Assembly: GCA_950097015.1 (NCBI GenBank)
Contig: CATNEN010000011.1
Location: 6,386,001-6,450,000 of the forward strand
Reading direction: 5' to 3'
Origin: Macrostomum hystrix
Taxonomy: Eukaryota; Animalia; Platyhelminthes
DNA length: 64,000 bases
A program made the position numbers and the translations under genes. Shown in pieces: positions 50,001 to 62,000 of the stretch; positions within the stretch are counted from its first letter, which is position 1, and every line of letters begins with the position of its first letter. The notes below the pieces were generated by a model that saw only the letters and a program-made list of their open reading frames with translations, did no database searches and was not told the DNA's origin.

Positions 50001-53000
50001 TGTGAGCGCAGCAGGTAGTTCAGGCAGTCGCATAACTTGTTATCGTAACAAACTATCTGATTCTTGAGATTGCCCAACACGAACTCAACCAGGGTTTCAA
50101 CCAGTTGAATCACTAGAGAAATATTCCACCTGTGAACGGAGGTGTACACCAGGCTGAGGTACTCGACCGTCTTTGCCACCAGGTTGAAAGACTTCATGTT
50201 GTCCGGCTGCTCTCTCAGGTAATCCTGCAGGTGAGAGTTCTGGCCGTCGCAGATATACGCGAGCACCCGCAGTACCAGCTCAATGTGGCAGTCGTCATTC
50301 ATCTGCAGATTCTCGTCAGCCATCACCAGCTGGGTTGCCAAGCCCTCCAAATCCGCTCTGTTGAGCTTGAGTTTCTGACTACTCAACAACAGGGTCGTCT
50401 GAGCATTACTGGCGTTCAGTCGATCTCGATGGTTCCGGCGCAGTCTGCTGGCATCGCTGTCCTTCTGCAGCAGAAGGCCGATGAGCTTGGCGCCCTGTTC
50501 AGTGTGCTGCATTGAATCCAAGGCGGTCGGGTCCTTGTTCAACAGAGCCAACTGGGACCGCAGCTCTGCCATCTTCTCATCGATCTTGTCTTGCTGCTGG
50601 TAGATCAGGGCTCGGCTAAAACGTTGCGGCGAGTGCCTCCGGACTGCTCCGTCTGACCGCTTTCTTTTGTCTACACTGTCTACTTTCTCTACTTTGTCTA
50701 CTGTCTACTGTGTCTACTTTCTATTGTCTACTATTGTCTACTTTCTTTTGTGCACATATTGTCTACTCTGTCTCCTGTAACTACTGTCTACTCTGACTAC
50801 TGTCTTATCTGACTACTATCTACTCTGACTACTATCTACTCTGACTACTATCTACTCTGACTACTATCTACTCTGACTACTATCTACTCTGACTACTATC
50901 TACTCTGACTACTATCTACTCTGACTACTATCTACTCTGACTACTATCTACTCAGACTACTATCTACTCTGACTACTATCTACTCTGACTACTATCTACT
51001 CTGACTACTATCTACTCTGATTAACTATCTACTCTGACTACTATCTACTCTGACAACTATCTACTCTGATTAACTATCTACTCTGACTACTATCTACTCT
51101 GACTACTATCTACTCTGACTACTATCTACTCTGACAACTATCTACTCTGACTACTATCTACTCTGACTACTATCTACTCTGACAACTATCTACTCTGACT
51201 ACTATCTACTCTGACTACTATCTATTCTGACTACTATCTACTCTGACTACTATCTACTCTGACTACTATCTACTCTGACTACTATCTACTCTGACTACTA
51301 TCTACTCTGACTACTATCTACTCTATCTACTTTGTCTACTGTCTACTCAATCTATTACATCACTTACTTCTCCTTCAAAGCGTGCAGCGACATGGAGATT
51401 CGGTGGTGTATTGTGAAGAAGAAGTTTTCCTCTCGAGTGTGGTTGAAGTACTGGTACATGCTCTCCTGTACATCCGTATTGCCATTGTACAGCATGGCGG
51501 CTAGAAAGTTCAAAACCTCGCGGACAATGTCATCCGATGGCTTGACTAGATTTGGCAGCACCTTCAGCATTGCGCCATGACTGTTCACAGCGATTTGCAC
51601 CTGCGAGACGCGGCTGCAGCCTCTGTGGGTGTGTTTGAGCAGTAACTGGCGATCATTAGAAACTAGTTAATACTATCTAATTCCAAACTAAAACTTAATA
51701 TTAAACATCTTTCAAAAACTTCAAATACCCTATCTACCTAAAAATCCACACGTCAAACTAAAAGTCCTCTGATCAACCTAAAAATCCACACGTCAAACTA
51801 AAAATCCTCTGATCAACCTAAAAATCCTCTGAGCAGCCTAAAAATCCTCTGATCAACCTAAAAATCCACTGATCAGCCTAAAAATCTTCTGATCAACCTA
51901 AAAATCCTCTGATCAACCTAAAAATACTCTGATCAACCTAAAAATCCTCTGATTAACCTAAAAATCCTCTGATCAACCTAAAAATCCTCTGATCAACCTA
52001 AAAATCCTCTGATCAGACTAAAAATCCTCTGATCAACCTAAAAATCCTCTGATCAACCTAAAAATCCTCTGATCAGACTAAAAATCCTAAAAAGCCTAAA
52101 GGATTTTATTTTAAACCAAAAAATCCTCTCATAAACTAAAAGTTACTTTTTAAATTTTTGAAAACAAATTAACTACTGGTCATTGTCAAATTAGTAGTAA
52201 AGCACTTTTTTCAAAACATATCGTCAGGTCTAAACCTGTCAAATTGTGTGGCATACCTTCTGTACTCTTCTGAGTCGATATTGTCGGCCAGTTTAACAAT
52301 CTCATTGTGCACAACGCCACGAAGAAGCTGCAGGCATTTGATGTCTAGCAGTTCCTGATTAATGCGCTCCTTCTCGTTGCGAAGCTCCATTTGGTTTGAT
52401 ATGCTGCGGTAGAAGGTGGTACAGATGGCAGGTTGGTTATGTACCTCTGTCTCATTCTCACCTAATCTGTGTCTGATCTACTTGCCTAACAGGCGATAGC
52501 CTAGCCTGCCTAATATTAAAATTATCGGTCAGTCTAACGAAGGGATTTTAAATCTGTCAAACATTTGGGATTATCAATCAAAGATTGAGATTATCAATAT
52601 AGAATTGGGAATATCAACCAAACATTGGGATTATCAATCTAGAATTGGGAATATCAACCAAACATTGGCATTATCAATCTAACATTGGGATTATCAATCT
52701 AACATTGGCATTATCAATCTAACATTGGGATTATCAATCTAACATTGGGATTATCAATCTAACATTGGGATTATCAATCTTACATTGGGATTATCAATCT
52801 TACATTAGGCTTATCAATCTTACATTAGGATTATCAATCTAACATTGGGATTATCAATCTTACATTGGGACTATCAATCTAACATTGGGATTATCAATCT
52901 AACATTGGGATTATCAATCTAACATTGGGATTATCAATCTAACATTGGGATTATCAATCTAACATTGGGATTATCAATCTAACATTGGGATTATCAATCT

Positions 53001-56000
53001 AACATTGGCATTATCAATCTAACATTAGGACTGTCAATCTTACATTGGGACTATCAATCTTACATTGGGATTATCAATCTTACATTGGGATTATCAATCT
53101 AAAATTGGGATTATCAATCTTACATTGGGATTATCAATCTAACATTGGGATTATCAATCTAACATTGGGATTATCAATCTAACATTGGGATTATCAATCT
53201 TACATTGGGATTATCAATCTTACATTAGGCTTATCAATCTTACATTAGGATTATCAATCTAACATTGGGATTATCAATCTTACATTGGGACTATCAATCT
53301 AACATTGGGATTATCAATCTAACATTGGGATTATCAATCTAACATTGGGATTATCAATCTAACATTGGGATTATCAATCTAACATTAGGACTATCAATCT
53401 TACATTGGCATTATCAATCTAAAGCTGGGATTATCAATCTTACATTGGGATTATCAATCTAACATTGGGATTATCAATCTAACATTGGGATTATCAATCT
53501 AACATTGGCATTATCAATCTAACATTAGGACTGTCAATCTTACATTTGGATTATCAATCTTACATTTGGATTATCAATCTTACATCGCGATTATCAATCT
53601 AACATTGGCATTATCAATCTAACATTGGGATTATCAATCTAACATTGGGATTATCAATCGAAAGTTGGGATTATCAATCTAACATTGGAATTATCAATCT
53701 AACATTGTAATTATCAATCTAACATTGGAATTATCAATCTAACATTGGAATTATCAATCTAACATTGGAATTATCAATCTAACATTGGAATTATCAATCT
53801 AACATTGGAATTATCAATCTAACATTGGAATTATCAATCTAACATTGGAATTATCAATCTAACATTGGAATTATCAATGTATGTAGTTATACTCGGAAAT
53901 AATAATTTTCATGGAATTTTATCTCGGTAATAAACTGGTGTGCATGGACTGCAGTGCCCCACTAACCACAGCTGCTCAACCAGCTTGCCAGTCATGATGA
54001 AGCGTCTCGGGTCTGAGTAGTCAAAGCTGGTGTCAACGAAGCAGGCCAGATGCTCCTGAAACTCCTGGCCAAGCGGCAGCTCATCATCGGAGCCGAGGTT
54101 TGTGTACTCTGCGCCGGTGTGTGCAGGTTGTGAGTCTATTTGAGTTATCGTACACAAACGATAAGCATAGCAACCGCATAGAAACTGCATAGCAACCGCA
54201 TAGCAACTGCATAGCAACCGCATAGCAACTGCATAGCAACCGCATAGCAACTGCATAGCAACCGCATAGCAACTGCATAGCAACCGCATAGCAACTGCAT
54301 AGCAACCGCATAGCAACTGCATAGCAACCGCATAGCAACTGCATAGCAACCGCATAGCAACTGCATAGCAACCGCATAGCAACTGCATAGCAACATCAAC
54401 ATCATAGTAACCATCTCAATATAATAATTTCAAGAGGGCTGCGGGCAGTGCCACATCATTTAGGCGATTCTGCCCATTTCGCTGACTCCTGAGCACACAC
54501 GCACACAGATACTGTACGCAGGCACACGCTCACACAGGTGTGTACATTTGCCCTGACTTTCTCATCGTCAGGCAGTGTACACTCTTACTGCCTTTGAGGT
54601 TGGCTCTGAAGGGCGTGAATAACACGACAAGCCTCCATTCCATGCCTTCTCTCCGCGGCTACGCCCCAAATAAATGTGGCCTCGCCGCAGAATCGAGCTC
54701 AGGGACCTTGGCGCGAGAGGCAAACATGTTAACCGCTCTGCCACAGACCCCCTAAACCGCATAGCAACAGCATAGCAACCGTGTACTAGACCTATCACAA
54801 GTCCAAACAGTAAATTTCTCAATCCCACAATAATAGCTACCAAATCCGAATGCAGCACAAAGTTTACTGGCATGAATTTTAATCACAATGGCCTCTGTGC
54901 CAACCTTCATCGCTGGGATATCCTGTCTGCGCTCCGATTGTATTCCTGCCACCGTAGGCCATGCAATAGTTTCTGGCGAACAAGTTGAACTGCTTGTTAA
55001 GGGCCATTTCCGATGCGTAGTATTCGATGTAGCGCTGAAGTTGAAAAATAATATTGAGTAAAAACCTGAAGACAAGGAGAATAAATCACTGTCATCGTCA
55101 GAGGCAGCATCAGCAATGTACAAACCTGTCTCGAAGGATTCAAAGTGTTACTACACTGCCACATTCCTGAGAGGAACGTTGCTTTAAAAGGCTCGACTAG
55201 CTGCGTAGGAAAGGATAAGTGAGTTTTGTTGCTATGGAAAATGTCATTCGGAATAAATTCAAAACAACAAAGAAATAGATGATCTACCTCTGCAGGCAGG
55301 TTGCAGACAGAGATGAGACTGTTGGCACAGCTGATGATGTTCTTGAACTGCCTGTTCTGGGTCACCAGTGGAAGAATAGCTCCCGAAAATTCCTGGCAAT
55401 GAATGTGTGGCTTGACGAGCTCACACTCACACGGGTGTGTACATCTGCCCTGACTTTCTCATCGTCGGGCAGTGTACACTGTCACTGTGAGTTGGGGAGG
55501 TTGGCCCTCAATGGCGTAAATTGCACGACAAGCCTCCAAGCCTCACCGCGGCTGCGCCCCAAATGAATGTGGCCTCGCCGCGGAATCGAGCTTAGGGACC
55601 TTGGTGAGACCTCTGCTCCAAATAGCGCCTGAGATTTTGCGTATGTTACACATTGCCGCACTTTTATTATTTACCAAAAATGACCGAGTTAGCGTATCGA
55701 TCTCTTCTAGCTCTGTCGGATAATTATCCAAATCCTTGAGGTAGACTGTTTTGAAGAATGACTAAAATTTGAGTTGAGAATTAGAATTTGATTGAGAATT
55801 AAAATGGTTTCTTGCAAAGGGTTTCCAACACAAAATCTATGATTGACTTACAGTGATGATGGGCAAAATGCCTTCGATAATAAACCTCAGTGTATGATGG
55901 ACATTCTGAACATTAGGATTTTTCTTATCAGCTTCTGACACATGTCTGCGAAAGGTTATGGGTGAGTTGGTTGTATGGTGTTGTTTAACAGTAGCTGTAA

Positions 56001-59000
56001 GTATGGGCGATGAAAACACAAGGAAACAACCAAAAGATCAAATGAAGGTCATGAAACAACCAAAGGATTAAATGAAGGTCATTAAACAACCAAAGGATCA
56101 AATGAAGGTCATAAAACAACCAAAGGATCAAATTAAGGTCGTTAACCAACCAAATGTAGAAATGAAGGTCATGAAACAACTAAAGGATCAAATATGAAGG
56201 TCTTAAAACAACTAAAGGATCCAAGGAAAGTCATGAAGCCAGCAAAGGCACAAATGAAGGTCATGAAAGAAGAAGGGATCAGGGTTTTGAACCCTGGGTC
56301 AAATAAAGGTCAGCAGTGCCCCTCCGCAAACCTACCGAGTCAAGTCGCTTATCTTCAGAGCTCGGCTAATAATTTCGGGCGTCTCATGAGCCAGGCCAGC
56401 CATCTGCTTCATCTCATTGCCAATCGACTTAAACAGCAGCCAGACGCCGGTCTCGTGTGGCAAGCTCGCCAAGCCGCGATCCACTTTGGCGCTAGCCGTG
56501 TTCAAGTACACCCACAGCAGGAATCTAGCGTAGGGCAGTTTGTTGCGTCCGGTAATGACGGAGTCGTTGAGTACAGTGAGCACGTCTGACACCGAGTAGA
56601 TGCTTCGATTCTTCGATTCAATGGACTGATTCGCGCCTTCAGAGCAGGTCGCTAGAAGGTCAACCAGGCCGATCATGAACTCCAACTGGGGCGAGCGATC
56701 ATTAGATCGGAGCAGACTCAGCTGGAGTTTCATGCTCTGGGTGGGGCGATATGAGGTACCATGAGTGGTAGACACAGCCACCCGAAATTCAACATGCATC
56801 AACATGCTAGCTAAAGAAGTTGATGACAACAAACTTCATTTTGAAACTGATTGCTTATCTATGGGCATCATCGAGTCAGGATCGTCGAGATATTCATTGA
56901 TCATTTTCGAAGATCCTTGGTGACAAAAACAAGTTACATTGCTCTGTATTAAACTTCTATTGTGAATCCGACTTCTATTGTGAATAGTTGTGATCCGACA
57001 TGATTTCATCATGAAATTTAGTGAGCAGACTAGCATGTTTTGCCCCCCCTTCGGGGAGCAGAAATATTTTTGCCTACATTGTTGCTTTTTGCCACACCAC
57101 ACCCGGAGGAGAATCTTTGAATATTTCGACGATGCCGATGTCTTGTGATCCCGGAAGTTGTTTCATCGCAAAGAGCTCAAAATTTTAGGACACGTTGTGG
57201 ATTTTTATGGCGAATGGTGGAATATTTTGAGAGGTACAGAAAATGGTAGTCTTTCTACAGCTCAATGGCGATTTCGTATAAAAACTTTAGTCTATGGTAC
57301 AAGCTATTCTCAGCCAATTAAATCACAAATGCATCAATTCGCTGTTAACCGATCTGCATTTTTTGAGGTCCTATTATGTTTAATCTCAGACTTTTCTAAC
57401 CACATAAAATCCGATTTCGTCGTTAATGGACGTTTAATTGGCGCATTCTGAGCCACGAATCTATCGTCTATGGTTGGAAATGCGGGGCCCATTAAACCAT
57501 ATAATGGGCGCCAAACCAAATCGAATTTCATATAAAATAGTGGCTGCTCAATTTGCAGTCTATGGTTAAAAAGTCCTCGGCCATGCTCAATAGTCCTCGG
57601 CTCGCTTCGCTCGCCTCGGACCATTAAACGCAGCCTCAGACTTTCTAACCACAGAATGCCAATTAAGCAGCCACTATCATATACATAATGTGAATTAAAC
57701 GACGTATATAGACGTTTACTTAAACACGTCTATGGTCGAACCCTATTTACTTATTGCGAAAACAAAATGAGTGAAAGATGCCTATAACTCTTATCCTACT
57801 TAAGCTACTAATACTGGCGCATAGAAAAAAAGAGTCGGTTTTCAACCGTTCACACTACTCACCTGGTCAAGGCACTGAGCAATCTGCGATCGGTGCTGCA
57901 TCAGGCAGGTCATGATACTCTGCTGATTTCGTTTCACTGGCAAATTTAATTGCTCAATTTTCACCAATGCGTTGAGCACATAGAGAAATTCGGGTACTTT
58001 CTCGCCGTGCTGAGCTACTAGGCTAATTAGCCTGCCTATTTGCTGCGGCAGCACCTTCATACAGGTGCCTTTGTTACCTGCGGGTGGCGAGCGAATTCAA
58101 AGCCGTTTCTTAGAAATTAATTTTCATAGAAACTCGTAGACTGCCTCTAAACAAGTAAAAAAATTGACTGCACCTGCCCCAATAGGGCCAGATGTGCAGC
58201 CGACAGCATCACAGCGCAGCCATTGCGCGGCGAATCTGAACGACTGTTCAGTCCATGGACTGGGGGGGGGGACGTCACACCCACCCTCAATTAACCCAGC
58301 TAATGCTGGTACCATTTAACAGCTGGGTGAACTGGAGCAATGCAGAGCTAAGTGCCTTGCTAAAGGACACAGTGGGGGTTGAGTGGCATCGGGTGAGGTG
58401 AGTCGCGGTTGCCTCTCGCATCGAGGTCCCTGAGGCCACATTCATTTGGGGTGCAGCCGCGGAGAGAAGGCTTTGGGGCTTGTCGTGCAATTTACGCCCT
58501 TGAGGGCCAACCTCCAAGGCACAGTGAGAGTGTACACTGCCTGACGATGAGAAAGTCAGGGCAGATGTACACACCTGTGTGAGCGTGTGCCTGCGTACAG
58601 TATCTGTGTGCGTGTGTGCTCAGGAATCAGCGAAATGGGCAGAATTGCCTCCTCGCTGGCTGCAGGTCTAGTGTCGCCAAATGATGTCCCATTGCCCGCA
58701 GCCCTCCTGCAATTGTAATTATTTAAGTACACAGCGGAGTTGAGAATCGAACCCCTTACCTCTAAGTAGTAGCCCAACCAATTGGCTACTATCCAGTGAG
58801 GGTATACTGAAGTGTCATTTGACTTCCCACAAATATTAGAAAAATGATAGGGACGATTGAGCTTGGAGATGAATATTCGTATTTTTTTCTATTATATTCC
58901 TTTAAGAGTTCACCTGTGAACACCTCGACTAGAGCCATCGCCAGCTGTTTCTCAGCTCCAACACAATTGAGCAGGCCATCCAGCCTGTCGAACATGTGAT

Positions 59001-62000
59001 TCTGCACCAGCGGATTATCCCGGGCCATCAGGGCGAGCAGCTCGAAGCACTTCGCAAACACCATCCGCAGTCCGCTGTACTCCGCCTGGGAAAATAAAAA
59101 ATTTGGGGGTTAATTTTTTGTTAAGGAGGTCAATGGGGGTCAGCTGACTCCTCCTCGAACCAGAAACTTTGGGGAGGTCAATGGGGGTCAGCTGACTCCT
59201 CCTCGAACCAGAAACTTTGGGGAGGTCAATGGGGGTCAGCTGACTCCTCCTCGAACCAGAAACTTTGGGGAGGTCAATGGGGGTCAGCTGACTCCTCCTC
59301 GAACCAGAAACTTTGGGGAGGTCAATGGGGGTCAGCTGACTCCTCCTCGAACCAGAAACTTTGGGGAGGTCAATGGGGGTCAGCTGACTCCTCCTCGAAC
59401 CAGAAACTTTGGGGAGGTCAATGGGGGTCAGCTGACTCCACCTCGAACCAGAAACTTTGGGGAGGTCAATGGGGGTCAGCTGACTCCTCCTCGAACCAGA
59501 AACTTTGGGGAGGTCAATGGGGGTCAACTGACTCCTCCTCGAACCAGAAACTTTGGGGAGGTCAATGGGGGTCAGCTGACTCCCATTAAACCCGAGACTT
59601 TGGGGAGGTCAGTGGGGGTCAGCTGACTCCCCCTCAACCAGAAACTTTGGGGAGGTCAATGGGGGTCAGCTGACTCCACCTCGAACCAGAAACTTCGGGG
59701 AGGTCAATGGGGGTCAGCTGACCCCTTGAATATAGTGATGTCAAATAACGACCGACAAAGTTTTCAAAAAAGAAACTGAAATTTAGCTCACCCTCTCGGC
59801 TATTTCGATATTCTGCGAGACCAAGTCAAACAGATCGTTGAGTATGCCGCTGTTGTACAAAATCATCTGGTTGATTTCGTGTCGCTCCTCTGGGTCGTCT
59901 TCGAGATAGCAGACGCTGCGTGAGACAAAACGAGTTATTACGTTTTTCACATTGTCACAAAGTTTCACATTTCTGCTGGAATATAGTTGAGGTGGGCAGC
60001 TGGCGAGTTTCAGTGCAGGTATCCGATGGAGGTGGGGTGGGTGTCTCGCTGACCTGAGGTGGGTGTCTGGCGAAGGTGAGATAGGTATCTAGAGGAAGTG
60101 GGGTGGATGTGAAGCTTACGTGATTTGGGTGTCTCGCGGAGGTGAGATGGGTGTCTACCTTACCTTACATGAGGAGAGTGGCTGGCGGTGGTGGGGCGGG
60201 TGTTGGGCGGAGGTGGGGTGGGTATCAAGCAGGAGTGGGGGATGTCTATCTGACGTGAGGTGGGTGACTGGCATAGGTGGGGTGGGTGGCCACAGAGATA
60301 TAGTTAAGAGAAACTTACTTGCAAAAATTTCTCAATATTTGAACCATTGTTTCGACGTCGACGTCAGTCATTTTAGATTCGATCATTCGTTTCATCACGT
60401 GACTCTCTCGGTCTATCATTCCACGAACTGAGACGGATTTTTCTGTAATGAGCAGCTGAGAAAGCGCGGCTCTTCTGAACAGAAGACTGTGGCCTGAGAA
60501 ATACCGGTTTAGCAGCCACATGGACATCTGGACCATACGGGAGTTTCTGTAGCGGCTTATATCCTGCGAATTCATGTTATACTAATTAAAGTGAACCTGC
60601 TTGATAGATTTGCCAATTAGTAGACGAAAGTGTCACCTGTTAGACAGGAGTGTCACCTGTTAGACAGGAGTGTCACCTGTTAGACAGGAGTGTCACCTGT
60701 TAGACAGGAGTGTCACCTGTTAGACAGGTGTGTCACCTGTTAGACAGGTGTGTCACCTGTTAGACAGGTGTGTCACCTGTTAGACAGGTGTGTCACCTGT
60801 TAGACAGGTGTGTCACCTGTTAGACAGGATTGTCATCTGTTAGACAGGATTGTCACCTGTCAGACAATTTGTTAGATAGGGATTCAATCTGTTAGACAGG
60901 GACTCAATCTGTTAGACAGGGATTCAATCTGTTAGACAGGGAGTCAATCAGTTAGACAGGGAGTCAATCTGTTAGACAGGGATTCAATCTGTTAGACAGG
61001 GATTAAATCTGTTAGACAGGGATTAAATCTGTTAGACAGGGATTCAATCTGTTAGACAGGGACTCAATCTGTTAGACAGGGATTCAGGGATCTGTTAGAC
61101 AGGGATTCAGGGATCTATTAGACAGGGATTAAATCTGTTAGACATAGATTCAATCTGTTAGACAGGGACTCAATCTTTTAGACAGGGGTTCAATCGGTTA
61201 GACACGGACTCAATCTGTTAGACGAGCACTGACCATTAGGATGCTGATAATGTCTGCTGAATACTTGGAGCAGCGGTCAGTAAACTGGGAGTTTCGCTTG
61301 CTCAATCGATGGAAAACATTGGCGCTGTTCGCCACCTCAACAGCCGGTTCCCATTCCATGCTCAAGTCAGTAAAGTATGAGCACTTTGAGAATATGGACG
61401 CCATTTCCTTGCAGGCCACTGAATTCACACTGCAATGAGTGAGATTAATTTCAATTAATAGCTCATTGATACTGCTCATCGATACTGCTCATAGATACTG
61501 CTCATTGATACTGCTCATCGAAATAATTGGGGAGGCATAATCTTCCAAAAAGCAGACAAACACGCCGACTCACAAATCGTCATGAGCATAGTCTTCTCTG
61601 AGCAGTGGCTTGAGCACTTCATGCGCCTCGTAGGCCCGGATGCGCTTGAACTCAGCAATAAACTGGTCCAACCTGAGATTGCACTGAAAGTTGAAAAACA
61701 GATCCAGAACGCGCATGGCTCTGCAATGTGGGGTTTTGTTGGCTGGTGAAAATTTAAACTTTCAAACACTGGCAAAGGAGATTATTAAAAGCGGTCAGGC
61801 GCACTCATATTTGGCAGCCACTGTATCCTGGCGAATGCACTCGAATCGCTTGTTTAGCTTGAAATCCAGCAGATGCTCCTCCTCCAGCTTGCGACCCGAC
61901 TCCATGTGCAAATTTTCCACTAGAAGATTAGGGAGAAGTCTGAAAATTAGTTCTCAAAATCAAAGAATTCCTAAAACTTTACGCTCGCAAAAAACTCACA

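Noticed and set aside
53909-54414. ORFs with (MQLLCGCYAVAMRLLCSCYAVA)n and similar repeat ORFs at 59015-59527 and 62165-63051
   Set aside because: Satellite read-through fused to real ITPR-like exons; the exon phases exclude the repeats
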